Notes: a model not told the origin generated them from the sequence alone. 43,427 nt of DNA from Ferroacidibacillus organovorans (GCF_001642725.1 NZ_LSUQ01000021.1:1-43427), one strand, 5' to 3'; positions 9,236 through 19,690 are shown, counted from the stretch's first letter. A program made the numbers and translations.

Positions 9236-10069
9236 TCAAAAGTTCACATTGTACGGGTCATACTCAAAGCTGCGTTTGTTTTCATTAAGTGCATCGATGC
9301 GCGCTACCTCATCCGCCGTCAATGAAAAGTCAAACAGGTTCGCATTTTCCGCGATCCGCTCTCTGTGCACGGACTTTGGAATCGTGACAACCCCTTTTTC
9401 AAGGTCCCAGCGCAGCACAATTTGCGCAGGCGTCTTTCCATACTTCTCGCTCAGTTCAACGATGACCGGCTTTGTGAGCAATTCTCCACCGCGCATGAGC
9501 GGTGACCACGCTTCCATCTGAATGCCTTCTTTTTTGCAGAAATCGTAGATCGGCTGCTCCGTCAAAAGAGGATGAAACTCCACCTGATTGACCATCGGCT
9601 TGATCGTTCCATTTTTCATCACATCTTCCAAGTGCTCGACCTGAAAGTTGCTCACGCCAATCGCGCGCACGCGCCCGTCACGGTAAAGCTTTTCAAGCGC
9701 CCGCCACGTGTCATTGTATTTTCCCGCAATCGCCCAGTGAATCAGGTAAAGATCAAGATACTCAAGCCCGAGTTTCGCCATGCTCTCATCAAACGCTGCG
9801 AGCGTGGACTCATAGCCTTGACGCGCGTTCCACACTTTCGTCGTGATAAAGAGATCTTCACGTTTCGCGCCGCTGTCCTTGATCGCTGCGCCAACCCCGA
9901 CCTCATTGCCATAGATCGCCGCCGTGTCGATACTACGGTAACCAAGCTCAATCGCCGCGCGCACAGCCTGCTCAACTTCTTGGCCATCCTTTGCCTGCCA
10001 AACACCAAGTCCTACCCATGGCATTTTTATTCCATTATGGAGTGTTGTGCAATCTGCGAGATTTTTCAT
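9236..10069 (-). CDS. aldo/keto reductase (YvgN/YtbE-like, AKR5)
   Basis: GLGVW, IDTAAIYGNE, FITTKVWN, YLDLYLIHW, AIGVSNF, IPKS. ATG after GAGGAGG. Confidence 0.93.
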   Translation of the reverse strand: MKNLADCTTLHNGIKMPWVGLGVWQAKDGQEVEQAVRAAIELGYRSIDTAAIYGNEVGVGAAIKDSGAKREDLFITTKVWNARQGYESTLAAFDESMAKLGLEYLDLYLIHWAIAGKYNDTWRALEKLYRDGRVRAIGVSNFQVEHLEDVMKNGTIKPMVNQVEFHPLLTEQPIYDFCKKEGIQMEAWSPLMRGGELLTKPVIVELSEKYGKTPAQIVLRWDLEKGVVTIPKSVHRERIAENANLFDFSLTADEVARIDALNENKRSFEYDPYNVNF

Positions 10070-10243
10070 AAAAGTTCCTCCTCGAGTGATCTCTAGGTGT
10101 TCCCAAGCCATAAGGTATAGCCTACACAAATTGACGTGCGTTGTACACTAAGAAAAGAACAGTACGCCGCCAGGTCGATTAAAATGCACAACAAAACGGC
10201 GCGCGCTTTACAGAATAAAAGCCATTCTAAGGAGGGATTCACC

Positions 10244-11689
10244 ATGCAACTTGGCGAGTACAAAAACTACATCGCTGGCGTTTTCACAGACGGTGAAGCA
10301 ACGGAGACGTTCGACGTCCTCAATCCCGCCACAGAGGAAGTACTCGCAACCGTTTCAAACGCCACGCCAGGAGATGTCGTACGCGCCGTCACGGCAGCGA
10401 CCGACGCGCAGCCTATATTTGCCGACGAGCCCGCGCATGAGCGCGCAAACCTCCTTCGTGGTGCCGCTGCACGCATGCGTGAAAGATCCGAGCACCTCGC
10501 GCGCATCATGACACTGGAAGAGGGCAAGCCGCTCGCCGAGGCGCGCGGCGAAGTGCTTTATGCCGCCTCGTTTCTCGACTGGTTTGCCGAAGAGGGCAAG
10601 CGCGTGTACGGTGACATGATCCCTTCGAGCAGCGTAGACAAACGCATTCTCGTCTTCAAGCGGCCCGTGGGCGTGACCGCCGCCATCACGCCGTGGAATT
10701 TTCCTGCCGCGATGATCACGCGCAAACTGGCGCCAGCCCTCGCCGCCGGATGTGCAATGATCATCAAACCATCCGAACTCACACCGCTATCCGCGCTTGA
10801 GATTGCTCGCATCTTTGACGAAGTTGGCCTGCCAAAAGGCGTGCTCTCCGTGCTTGCAAGCCGTGACCCAGTTCCAATCGTAAAACCCCTGATGGACGAT
10901 CCGCGCGTGCGCAAAATATCGTTTACTGGATCGACGGAAGTCGGGAAAATCCTGATGCGGCAAGCTGCGGACACCGTGAAACGCCTCTCCCTTGAACTCG
11001 GCGGACACGCGCCACTAATTGTGTTTGAAGACGCAAATCTTGAGACGGCAGTCGCACAGACGCTCGCTTGCAAAATGCGCGGGATGGGGGAAACCTGCGT
11101 TTCGGCCAATCGCATCTACGTTCAACGCAGCATCTACGACGCATTCACGGAGCGCTTCACATCTCTCATGCAAGCGATGAAAACGGGCGACGGTCTAGAT
11201 CCAGGCGTTTCCGTAGGCCCGCTCGTAGAGTCAGCTGCGCTTGAAAAAGTAGAACGCCACGTGCAAGACGCGCTCGACAAAGGCGCACAGCTCTTACTCG
11301 GTGGAACGCGCGTCGGGGCGCGCGGCTATTTCTATTCGCCGACGGTCTTAAAGGGCGTCGATCACTCGATGCTCATCGCAAAAGAGGAGACGTTCGGGCC
11401 GGTTGCCGCCATCCTGCCGTTTGACACGGAAGAAGAAGTGCTAAAGGCGGCAAACGATTCACCCTTTGGCCTTGCATCCTACCTCTTCACGCGGGATATC
11501 GGGCGCATCTTTCGCATGGCAGAACACCTCGAATACGGGATTATCGGCATCAACGACGGAATTCCCTCCACCGCGCAAGCGCCTTTTGGCGGCGTGAAGG
11601 CGTCTGGCCTGGGACGCGAAGGAAGCAAGTACGGCATCGAAGAGTATCTCGATATCAAATACGTCTCTCTCGGTGGCATCAACGCGTAA
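10244..11689 (+). CDS. gabD: NAD(P)-dependent succinate-semialdehyde dehydrogenase
   Basis: EEGKRVYGD, ITPWNFPAAMITRK, FTGSTEVG, LELGGHAP, GETCVSANR, EETFGP, PFGGVKASGLGREGS. RBS AAGGAGG. Confidence 0.9.
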   Translation: MQLGEYKNYIAGVFTDGEATETFDVLNPATEEVLATVSNATPGDVVRAVTAATDAQPIFADEPAHERANLLRGAAARMRERSEHLARIMTLEEGKPLAEARGEVLYAASFLDWFAEEGKRVYGDMIPSSSVDKRILVFKRPVGVTAAITPWNFPAAMITRKLAPALAAGCAMIIKPSELTPLSALEIARIFDEVGLPKGVLSVLASRDPVPIVKPLMDDPRVRKISFTGSTEVGKILMRQAADTVKRLSLELGGHAPLIVFEDANLETAVAQTLACKMRGMGETCVSANRIYVQRSIYDAFTERFTSLMQAMKTGDGLDPGVSVGPLVESAALEKVERHVQDALDKGAQLLLGGTRVGARGYFYSPTVLKGVDHSMLIAKEETFGPVAAILPFDTEEEVLKAANDSPFGLASYLFTRDIGRIFRMAEHLEYGIIGINDGIPSTAQAPFGGVKASGLGREGSKYGIEEYLDIKYVSLGGINA

Positions 11690-11739
11690 GTAAAAACCGC
11701 ACCCCGGACAGCGCTAGGCGTCCAAGGTGCGGTTTTTAC
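11690..11739. terminator. bidirectional terminator
   Basis: GTAAAAACCGCACC...GGTGCGGTTTTTAC inverted repeat between convergent genes. Confidence 0.8.
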
Positions 11740-11750
11740 ACTCACTTCTG

Positions 11751-12749
11751 CTATTTCTTTTCTGGGAAAAGTTTTTGGAAGCCGTACGGCAGATCCGTCT
11801 CAAAGCGCAGCACGTCGTTTCGCACAGGATGCTTAAACTCAAGCGTCAACGCGTGAAGTCCCAGACGCCCAAGCGGATTGTGCTTTGACCCGTAGCGGCG
11901 ATCGCCAACGACGCTGTGCCCAAAATGTTCCATCTGCACGCGAATCTGATTCTTTTTCCCTGTCTCAAGTTCCACATACAAAAGCGAATACGCGCGCGTG
12001 GAGCGCGCGACGCGATAGGAGAGCGTCGCTTTTTCCGCGCCCTCGATGGCGCCTGTCACGTACATTTTCTGGCTCTGATTCTCTTTGAGCCACGCGGTGA
12101 GCGTACCTTCGAGCGGTGTGACACGCCCCTCAACGACTGTCGCGTAAGAGCGAGACAAAACATAGTCGCGCCAGTGATCCTGAAGCGCCCGTTTCACGCG
12201 CTCCGTTTTCGCAAACATCATGAGACCTGACGTGTCGCGATCGAGTCGGTGCACCACGAAAATGCGCGGATCGCGCGCTTCTGTCGCACCGCGCACCGCG
12301 CGCGACTCGGGACGAATCGCCGTCTTTGTGGCAGTCCCTTGGCGCGAGCGCGCAAGGTGGCTGCTTCCCCGCGGCGCAGACTGTGGCGCTTTCTCACGCA
12401 CATAGTCAGACAGAATGTGATACGCGGTGCGATCGCGCTCTTTTTCCGAGGCGATCGAGAGAAGCCCCGGCGGCTTGTCAATCACCAGCAAGTGATCATC
12501 CTCGTAAACGATGCGAATACCGTGAAGATTGCGCACCGCAGAACCGCGCGCATCGGTGATCTGCACCTGCTGTCCGCGCAAAAGCGGGTGGTCATGGCGC
12601 GTCACGATGCGGCCGTCGACCGATACTTGACGATGCGTGAGATAGGACTTGATCTTGTTGCGACCCCTGCCGTCTTCCACCTCAAGCAAGAATTCGAGCA
12701 GCGGTACCGCACGCATGACAGGGTACGAGCGAACAGAACCCCCACTCAT
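11751..12749 (-). CDS. RluA-family RNA pseudouridine synthase
   Basis: S4-like N terminus, IVYEDD, DKPPGL, HRLDRDTSG (catalytic Asp), TGKKNQIR, GDRRYG, LHA. Confidence 0.92.
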   Translation of the reverse strand: MSGGSVRSYPVMRAVPLLEFLLEVEDGRGRNKIKSYLTHRQVSVDGRIVTRHDHPLLRGQQVQITDARGSAVRNLHGIRIVYEDDHLLVIDKPPGLLSIASEKERDRTAYHILSDYVREKAPQSAPRGSSHLARSRQGTATKTAIRPESRAVRGATEARDPRIFVVHRLDRDTSGLMMFAKTERVKRALQDHWRDYVLSRSYATVVEGRVTPLEGTLTAWLKENQSQKMYVTGAIEGAEKATLSYRVARSTRAYSLLYVELETGKKNQIRVQMEHFGHSVVGDRRYGSKHNPLGRLGLHALTLEFKHPVRNDVLRFETDLPYGFQKLFPEKK

Positions 12750-14344
12750 ACCGCCACCAGGTTCGGGCGCTTTGCGAGATACTCGTCATACGATCCCACA
12801 AAGTCAATCAAGCCGTTTGGCGTCACCTCAATGATGCGGTTCGCCACATCCGTGACGAGTTGGCGCGCGTGCGAGACGAAAATGACACAGCCCGGAAACT
12901 CGATCAGCGACTTTGTGAGCGCGTCGATCGCTTCAAGATCGAGATGGTTCGTCGGTTCGTCAAGCAGCAGCACGTTGCCTTGTTCGAGCAACATCTTGCC
13001 AATCATCAAGCGCGCCGCCTCACCGCCTGACAGCACTTCGGTCGACTTGTGCACCTCGTCTTTTGAGAAGAGCATGCGGCCGAGAATGCTGCGAATCGTC
13101 TGCTGATCCGCCTCGTGATCAAAGCCGCGCAGCCACTCGTAGACCGTCGTGTCGTGTGGGATGGTGTCGCTGTGATCCTGCGTAAAGTAGCTCGGTTGCG
13201 CCGACTTGCCCCAGACGACCGTGCCCTCATCCACTCCCACTTCACCCATCATGCAGTTGAGCAAGGTCGTTTTTCCCACACCGTTTGCCCCGATAATCGC
13301 GACTTTGTCGCCCTGGACGATGTCGAGATTAACATTTTTGAGAACCTGTAGATCACTATACGACTTGCTGACGCCGCTCATCGTGACCACTTGCTTACCG
13401 AGTTGCTGTTTAGGTGTGAACTTGATATACGGAGAGACGCGTGAAGACGGGCGGATCTCCTGAATCTCAATCTTCTCGATCTGCTTTTGGCGGCTCGTCG
13501 CCTGTTTCGCCTTCGACTTGTTCGCCGAAAAACGCGCCACAAACTCGCGCAACTCCGCGATTTTTTCAAGGTTTCTCGAATTGTCCGCCAGCTGTTGCTC
13601 GCGTGAGAGTGAACTCGCCGCGACAAAATAGTCGTAGTTGCCAGAGAACATCGTGATCTGTTTGTAGTCCACGTCTACCATGTGTGTACAGACCGTGTTC
13701 AAAAAGTGACGATCGTGCGAGATGATGATCATCGTGCCTTTGTGATCCTGCAAAAATTCTTCCAGCCAGCGAATCGTGTCAATGTCAAGGTGGTTCGTCG
13801 GTTCGTCGAGAAGGAGAATGTCCGGACGGCCAAAGAGCACCTGCGCGAGCAACACGCGCAGCTTCCAACCGCCGTTCATGCTCGACATGAGTTCCGTGTG
13901 TTTCTCGACTGGGATGCCGAGTCCTTCGAGAAGCTCTGCGGCAAAGTACTCGGCGGAGTAGCCATCCATATCCGCGTAAGAGCTCTCAAGCTCGCCGACG
14001 CGCAAACCCTCTTCCTGCGTCATCTCCGGCAGCGCATAGAGCCGCTCCCGCTCCTGCATGACCTCCCAGAGTTCGGGATAGCCCATCAGGACGGTGTCAA
14101 GCACGCGGAAGTCGTCAAACGCATAGTGATCCTGACGCAACACCCCGACGCGCAGTCCCGGCTCGATCGTCACCGTTCCTGTCGACGGCTCAAAATCACC
14201 GACCAGTATTTTCATAAACGTCGACTTTCCGGCGCCGTTTGCGCCGATCAGTCCATAGCGGTTGCCTTGATCAAATCCCAAGTTTACATTTTCAAACAAA
14301 ATGCGGCTTCCAAAGGAAACCGACAAATTTTTCACACGAATCAA
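12746..14344 (-). CDS. ABC-F family ATPase (YbiT/YkpA-like translation factor)
   Basis: Two NBDs (GANGAGKST, LLDEPTNHLD; GANGVGKTT, LSGGE), linker with SANKSKAKQATSR, no TM segments. TTG start 14344. Confidence 0.92.
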   Translation of the reverse strand: MIRVKNLSVSFGSRILFENVNLGFDQGNRYGLIGANGAGKSTFMKILVGDFEPSTGTVTIEPGLRVGVLRQDHYAFDDFRVLDTVLMGYPELWEVMQERERLYALPEMTQEEGLRVGELESSYADMDGYSAEYFAAELLEGLGIPVEKHTELMSSMNGGWKLRVLLAQVLFGRPDILLLDEPTNHLDIDTIRWLEEFLQDHKGTMIIISHDRHFLNTVCTHMVDVDYKQITMFSGNYDYFVAASSLSREQQLADNSRNLEKIAELREFVARFSANKSKAKQATSRQKQIEKIEIQEIRPSSRVSPYIKFTPKQQLGKQVVTMSGVSKSYSDLQVLKNVNLDIVQGDKVAIIGANGVGKTTLLNCMMGEVGVDEGTVVWGKSAQPSYFTQDHSDTIPHDTTVYEWLRGFDHEADQQTIRSILGRMLFSKDEVHKSTEVLSGGEAARLMIGKMLLEQGNVLLLDEPTNHLDLEAIDALTKSLIEFPGCVIFVSHARQLVTDVANRIIEVTPNGLIDFVGSYDEYLAKRPNLVAV

Positions 14345-14405
14345 TCCGTGACGCCCCTTCCCAATCAAAACTCCATTCTTCCATCATACCACGAATCACG
14401 TCATT

Positions 14406-15329
14406 TCACGCAGATCCTTCGAAACCTTCTTGAAGCGGCAGGGGTGAGACTTTTCGCAACGCCTGCGAATTGGCGACAAAAACGCCTGAGAGCACCAATA
14501 GACCACCCACCACCTGACTCGCGGTAATCGCGTCGCGCAAAATAAAATGTCCAGCGAGCAGCGCGATGAAAGGCGGGAGATTCATAAACATCGCAGCTGC
14601 CCCCGCGCCGATCACCGCGACGCCGCGATTCCACCAGAACCCAGCGAGGCCCTGCGCGACGACGCCGGCAAGCGCGAGCAGCACCCACGGAAAAACGCCT
14701 GTCGCAAGATGGCTTTGGTGAAACGCCGCCTCGACGCCAGCGGCGGGCGCCATAAACGTCGTCCCGATCCACGTCGAAACGATTGTGATCGTGTAGGTCG
14801 GCATCGTTTTGGTAAGCGAGCGGACAAACAAGATGCTGATGGAAAGTGTGAGCATCGCGCCAAGCAGGTAGAAATCCCCCACCGAAGCGCTGAGCCGGCT
14901 TCCGCCCATCCCGACGATGATCAAAACGCCGACCACGCCCAACGCCACACCGACAAGCTTTGACGGCGTCATGCGCACGCCAAACAAGGCGCGCTCAAGG
15001 ATGGCGGTTGCCACGGGCGCCAGTGCGATGATGAGTGACGCATTTGCGGCGGTCGACTGCCGCAGCCCTGTGAAATAAAGCGTTTGGTTTAGCAGCGTGC
15101 CAAAAATTCCACTCCCTAATAGAAGGTAAATTTCCGGGCGCGTGGGAAAGCGGAGTCCGCCGCGCGCGAGTGCGAGCGTCAAAAAGAAGAGCGATGTCAT
15201 CACGAGACGAGCAAACGAGAGGAAAATGGGAGAAAAGTCGCCAAGCAGATAGGCGCTGATCACATAATTGCATCCCCATAAAAATGAGACGGCGAATAGG
15301 CCCGCCAAAGCCACTTTCTGTTCATTCAC
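14406..15329 (-). CDS. DMT/EamA family transporter
   Basis: LWGxNY, RLV, GLRQSTAANASLI, two EamA repeats, about 10 TM segments. Confidence 0.88.
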   Translation of the reverse strand: MNEQKVALAGLFAVSFLWGCNYVISAYLLGDFSPIFLSFARLVMTSLFFLTLALARGGLRFPTRPEIYLLLGSGIFGTLLNQTLYFTGLRQSTAANASLIIALAPVATAILERALFGVRMTPSKLVGVALGVVGVLIIVGMGGSRLSASVGDFYLLGAMLTLSISILFVRSLTKTMPTYTITIVSTWIGTTFMAPAAGVEAAFHQSHLATGVFPWVLLALAGVVAQGLAGFWWNRGVAVIGAGAAAMFMNLPPFIALLAGHFILRDAITASQVVGGLLVLSGVFVANSQALRKVSPLPLQEGFEGSA

Positions 15330-15574
15330 TGAGGCTTATTCTCCCGAAATAAAAATGAGCCGCTAAAAAAGATAAATTGCGACACGTTTTAGGATACAAG
15401 AGAACCTCGTGTCCGGCAAGTCGCTAATCTTGGCAAAATCATGGCGAAATCCGCTCATTCCCTTGCGGCTTTTCCCTTTTCTGAATTTTTTTGAACACAC
15501 ATTTCGTGACTCGTGCTATAGTGAAGCTCAACCTTTACGAATGCTTTTTATCGTTTGATAAGGAGTGCTCCGTC

Positions 15575-16927
15575 ATTTCGATCTACCGTCAAATTCTCTC
15601 CCTGTCGTGGCCAATTCTCCTTGAAATGACGGCGCAAACGACCATTAATAACCTCAATTTATGGGTGGTGAGCCACCTAGGTTCAACGATCGTGGCGTCC
15701 GTTGGCCTCACCGGGGCGCTGATTGCCGCACTCAGCATCTTGCTTAGCATCGTCGGTTTGGGCGCGACCGTACTGATCGCTCAGTTTCGCGGCGCAAATC
15801 ATCCACAGAAGGCCACAGCGTTTGCCGTCGACGCGCTGCGGCTCAATCTCGTCATCGCTACTTTGCTCACACTCCTTTTGATCGCAGGCATCCCCGTCTG
15901 GTTTGCAATTCTGCATGTCCCATCGTCCATTGTCGCGACAACGCGCGCCTACTTGACGTTTATGGCGATTCTTCTGCCGTTCTCTTCGTGGATCGGCATC
16001 AGTGGCGGAATTCTGCGAAGTTTTGGCGCGACACGCGTAGTGTTCTATCAAACTCTTCTCGTCATCGGTGTCACCGCGCTATTTAATCTGCTCTTTGTCA
16101 CAGGACTGTGGAACGCTCCGCGACTCGGCTTGACCGGACTTTATCTTGCTAACGCGAGCGGGGCTATGGCCGGCGTGATCTACTCATTCCTTCTGCTCGC
16201 GCGACACCTTCCGACCCCCGTCACGCGGCGGATGATTCTGCGCGGGTCTGGGCAGGCGATGGCTGTACTGCGCGTCGGGTTGCCATCCGCGCTTGAGCTC
16301 GGGAGTTATCAATTTACGCAGTTTTTTCTCGTCAGCCTGATTGCGCGACTTGGTGCAAACGCGGTTGCCACGCGCGTCTATGCCATTTCTATTGAATCCG
16401 CATCCTTTTTGTTTGGTCTTGGCATCGCGCAGGGTGTCTCGATTCTCGTCGGTCACGAGGCAGGAAAAGGCGCGTTTCATCCCGCCCGCCGCATCGCATG
16501 GTCAGGTGTCACACTTGGAGTGAGCGGAATGTCACTCCTCGCTTTGCTGCTCTTCATTTTTGCCCATTCACTGATCACGCTTTTCACGGCAGATCCAGAA
16601 GTGGTGCGTCTTGGCGCGCGAGTGCTCCAGATCATCGCGCTTGCGCAACCGGCAAAAGCACTCAACATGATCATTGGCGGCGCATTGCGCGGAGCGGGTG
16701 ACAACCGCTGGCTCATGTGGAACAGTGGAATGTTTGTATGGATCTCAGTGCTCGCCGCATGGCTCTTTGGGTTCCCGCTCGGACTCGGACTGGCGGGAAT
16801 TTGGTGGGGGATGTGCCTAGACGAGTGGGTGCGCGCAGCGCTCCTTTTTTCGCGACTGCGCGGAAAGGGCTGGGAGAATCGCCAACTCACCCATGTTGAC
16901 ACAGCGCCTGAGACTGCAGCGCGGTGA
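15575..16927 (+). CDS. MATE family efflux transporter
   Basis: LSWPILLE, VASVG, IAQFRGA, ILRSFG, VGLPS, GALRGAGD, GLAGIWWG..DEWVR. Start uncertain: ATT 15575 lies 9 nt after AAGGAG; the ORF track starts at TTG 15491. Confidence 0.88.
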   Translation: MSIYRQILSLSWPILLEMTAQTTINNLNLWVVSHLGSTIVASVGLTGALIAALSILLSIVGLGATVLIAQFRGANHPQKATAFAVDALRLNLVIATLLTLLLIAGIPVWFAILHVPSSIVATTRAYLTFMAILLPFSSWIGISGGILRSFGATRVVFYQTLLVIGVTALFNLLFVTGLWNAPRLGLTGLYLANASGAMAGVIYSFLLLARHLPTPVTRRMILRGSGQAMAVLRVGLPSALELGSYQFTQFFLVSLIARLGANAVATRVYAISIESASFLFGLGIAQGVSILVGHEAGKGAFHPARRIAWSGVTLGVSGMSLLALLLFIFAHSLITLFTADPEVVRLGARVLQIIALAQPAKALNMIIGGALRGAGDNRWLMWNSGMFVWISVLAAWLFGFPLGLGLAGIWWGMCLDEWVRAALLFSRLRGKGWENRQLTHVDTAPETAAR

Positions 16928-17046
16928 ACTGCGTGATCCGCGCAAGGGCGGTTTCACACTGGGCATTTGTAAAACGCGTGCGCGCAGAAGGGGTCCCAGT
17001 TTTCGTCAGGTCGCCATCCGCACGCACACCTTTTCTCACACGCGAG

Positions 17047-18849
17047 TTACTTCAAATAGCGATCCAGAAACGCGGCGATCGCCGTGTACGTCTTGATGCG
17101 ATTCGGGAGCTTCACGACACCATGCCCCTCGTCTTCAAAGCGCAAGTATTCAACCGGATGCTCTCGCTTCTGGAGCGCTTCGACGATTTGTTCTGCCTCG
17201 CTGATCGGAACGCGCGGGTCATTCGCGCCGTGGATGACGATCATCGGTGCGGTGATGCGATCCACGTGGTGAATCGGCGAAATCTCGTCAAAGAAATCAC
17301 CGTCTGCCTCCACGGTTCCATACTCACACTCGCGCAGGTGACGGCGGTACGGACTGGTGTTCTCGATAAACGTCCGCAGATTGGCAATTCCCACAAGATC
17401 GACGCCCGCCGCAAACCGATCTGGGTAGTGCGTCACTGCCGCCAGCACCATAAACCCGCCGTAGCTTCCGCCCATCACCGCAATCGCATCGCGGCGCGCA
17501 TTCCCGTGTTCGCACAGCCAGTCGACTGCGTGCGCCAGATCGGCCACCGAGTCCATCCGCTTTCGCACATCGTCAAGGTGCAGATAGGTGCGCCCATACC
17601 CCGAACTTCCGCGCACATTGGGTGCGAGCACCGCATAGCCGCACTGCACAAAATACTGGCGCAGCGCTGGGAAGAGGTTCGTGCTCTGCCCTTCTGGACC
17701 GCCGTGAACGTCTACGATCACCGGGAAGGGACCGTCGCCTTTTGGCTTGTAATAGTAGGCCTTGATCATGAGTCCATCCAATGACGGATACGCGATCAAC
17801 TCCGGCTCAACAAACGAGTCGTGCGGCACACTGCCTTCGGAAGCAAAAGTAAGGCGCCAGACGTCGCCGCGGTCTAAAGCCACGCGCCACACCTCGACAG
17901 CATGCAGTGGGCTGCTGACTGTCACATCGACGTGCGCGCCATCCTTTGAAAGGTCGAAATCGACTACGGTTCCGACGGGGAGCCCCTCCACCCGCCGCGC
18001 GCCGCCTGTACGATCTCGATCAAGCACAAAAAGCGCCGATGTACCATCCTCATTGACACTGTAGACCAGACGCTTTCCACCTTGCGCCGCCTCCAATTGC
18101 TCCACGTCCCACAAATCATCCGTCAGATACGTGAGTGCGAGCGTCTCAAGGTCGAGCGTCGCAAGCCTAGCAAACTCCGAATCAAGGTCCGTGATCAGAT
18201 GCACCATGCGTCCGTCTGCAGCTGCACGCGGATGCGAGAAATGCGCATCCCCTTGGTGGTGTGTGAGGTGGAGCGCGTCACCGCTTTCAATGTCGACCAG
18301 AAACAAATCGGCGTTGACGTTTGTATGCATGCGCAGCGCAAACACACTGCGGTCATCCGCGCTGAACCCCGCCGCATAATTGGTGTCATCCGTCTCAAAA
18401 ACACAGCGACTCACGCGCGTCTCAAGGTCATAGACGTACACATCAAAGTGCACGTCATCGCGTGCGTTTGACGCATAGACAAACTGTTTGCCAGTCGACG
18501 AAAAGCCGCCGAACTGATGAACGTGCGCCATGTCACTCGTGAGGTTCTCCACCGTCTGTCCATCGTGTGAAACGAGGTAGATCTGCGCGCGTTCACTGCC
18601 GCCAACGTCAGACGAAACGATCAGGTACGGTTCTGTCGGGTGTGCATAGACACCCATGACGCGATCGTCAAAAAACGTAACCTGAACGGGCCACGGAATC
18701 GCTTCGCAAAGACGGTACACCTGCGGCGCCGCGCTCATCGTGCTAAGAAAAAACATCGTTTTCTCATCGTGCGAACGCGTCGCACTGTAGGCCGCGCGAA
18801 TTTGCATATAGCGCGCGCAACTCAATCCTCCACTCAGCTTGTCTGCCAT
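17047..18849 (-). CDS. S9 family (acylaminoacyl/prolyl oligo-) peptidase
   Basis: Beta-propeller N region, VHGGPE, PNVRGSSGYG, GGSYGG (Ser), HGANDPRV (Asp), DEGHG (His). Confidence 0.92.
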   Translation of the reverse strand: MADKLSGGLSCARYMQIRAAYSATRSHDEKTMFFLSTMSAAPQVYRLCEAIPWPVQVTFFDDRVMGVYAHPTEPYLIVSSDVGGSERAQIYLVSHDGQTVENLTSDMAHVHQFGGFSSTGKQFVYASNARDDVHFDVYVYDLETRVSRCVFETDDTNYAAGFSADDRSVFALRMHTNVNADLFLVDIESGDALHLTHHQGDAHFSHPRAAADGRMVHLITDLDSEFARLATLDLETLALTYLTDDLWDVEQLEAAQGGKRLVYSVNEDGTSALFVLDRDRTGGARRVEGLPVGTVVDFDLSKDGAHVDVTVSSPLHAVEVWRVALDRGDVWRLTFASEGSVPHDSFVEPELIAYPSLDGLMIKAYYYKPKGDGPFPVIVDVHGGPEGQSTNLFPALRQYFVQCGYAVLAPNVRGSSGYGRTYLHLDDVRKRMDSVADLAHAVDWLCEHGNARRDAIAVMGGSYGGFMVLAAVTHYPDRFAAGVDLVGIANLRTFIENTSPYRRHLRECEYGTVEADGDFFDEISPIHHVDRITAPMIVIHGANDPRVPISEAEQIVEALQKREHPVEYLRFEDEGHGVVKLPNRIKTYTAIAAFLDRYLK

Positions 18850-18877
18850 CTTTTAGCATCCTCTCTGTGTATGTTTT

Positions 18878-19690
18878 TTACAGCACATAGGAATAAGGCA
18901 GCCCAATCGGCGCGTAAGACACCGGCACCCCGGAAATTTTCGGCGTGAGCCATTCCACAAGGTAACGCATGCCAAGCGTCACGCTCGCGAGATGGCCGAC
19001 GACGATCAAGTGAATGGGTGGAGCGTCAGGATGCGCGTACGCGTTTCGATCGCGCACATATTCACACACCTGCCACTCGACCGTTTCCCCAACCACCAAA
19101 ACATCGATCGCGCCCGAAGCGAGAAACGCGAGCTGTTCATCGCCCGCCATTTCCCCGAGCAAAAATCCGATCCGCGAACACCGCGCGTCACGTTCACCAC
19201 ACAGGCGCACCGCAGGGAGATCCAGTCGCTCTTTTAGCTGATCAATCAGTTCCCGCACCAAGAGCGGCGGCAGTTCGATCAGCGGGCCGCGTCGACGCTC
19301 CCAGTAACGCGCATAACCGAGGTGTTTGAGCGTCCCTGCGAGAATGCCGTCCGGTTCATGCGCGCGCCACGCGTCGCGAAAGCGAAAGACCGTGATCTCC
19401 GCGTCTTGCAGTCGCTCAAGCTTGCGGCTTGCGACGGGGTGCACATGCGCACGCTCCCCGCCTCGATCAACGAGATCCACCTCTTCCCCGTAAAAAAGCG
19501 GATCATGCGTGAGAATCAGGTTGGCTCTACGCAGGATTGCCTCGTCGATCACTCCGTTCGTCACCGTCACAGCCGACAAGACGCCTGTGACCCTCTGCGT
19601 CTCATCGCCAATGAGCAAACCGTCTGCGCCTACGTCGCGCGGTGTCGGCATCCTTTGGTAGATCGTCTCAAGCACATCGTGAATCCTCAT
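18878..19690 (-). CDS. Nif3-like (YbgI/DUF34) protein
   Basis: DGLLIGD..QRVTGV, ANLILTHDPLFY, GETVEW, GHLAS. The ATG overlaps the stop of the upstream ABC gene. Confidence 0.75.
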   Translation of the reverse strand: MRIHDVLETIYQRMPTPRDVGADGLLIGDETQRVTGVLSAVTVTNGVIDEAILRRANLILTHDPLFYGEEVDLVDRGGERAHVHPVASRKLERLQDAEITVFRFRDAWRAHEPDGILAGTLKHLGYARYWERRRGPLIELPPLLVRELIDQLKERLDLPAVRLCGERDARCSRIGFLLGEMAGDEQLAFLASGAIDVLVVGETVEWQVCEYVRDRNAYAHPDAPPIHLIVVGHLASVTLGMRYLVEWLTPKISGVPVSYAPIGLPYSYVL

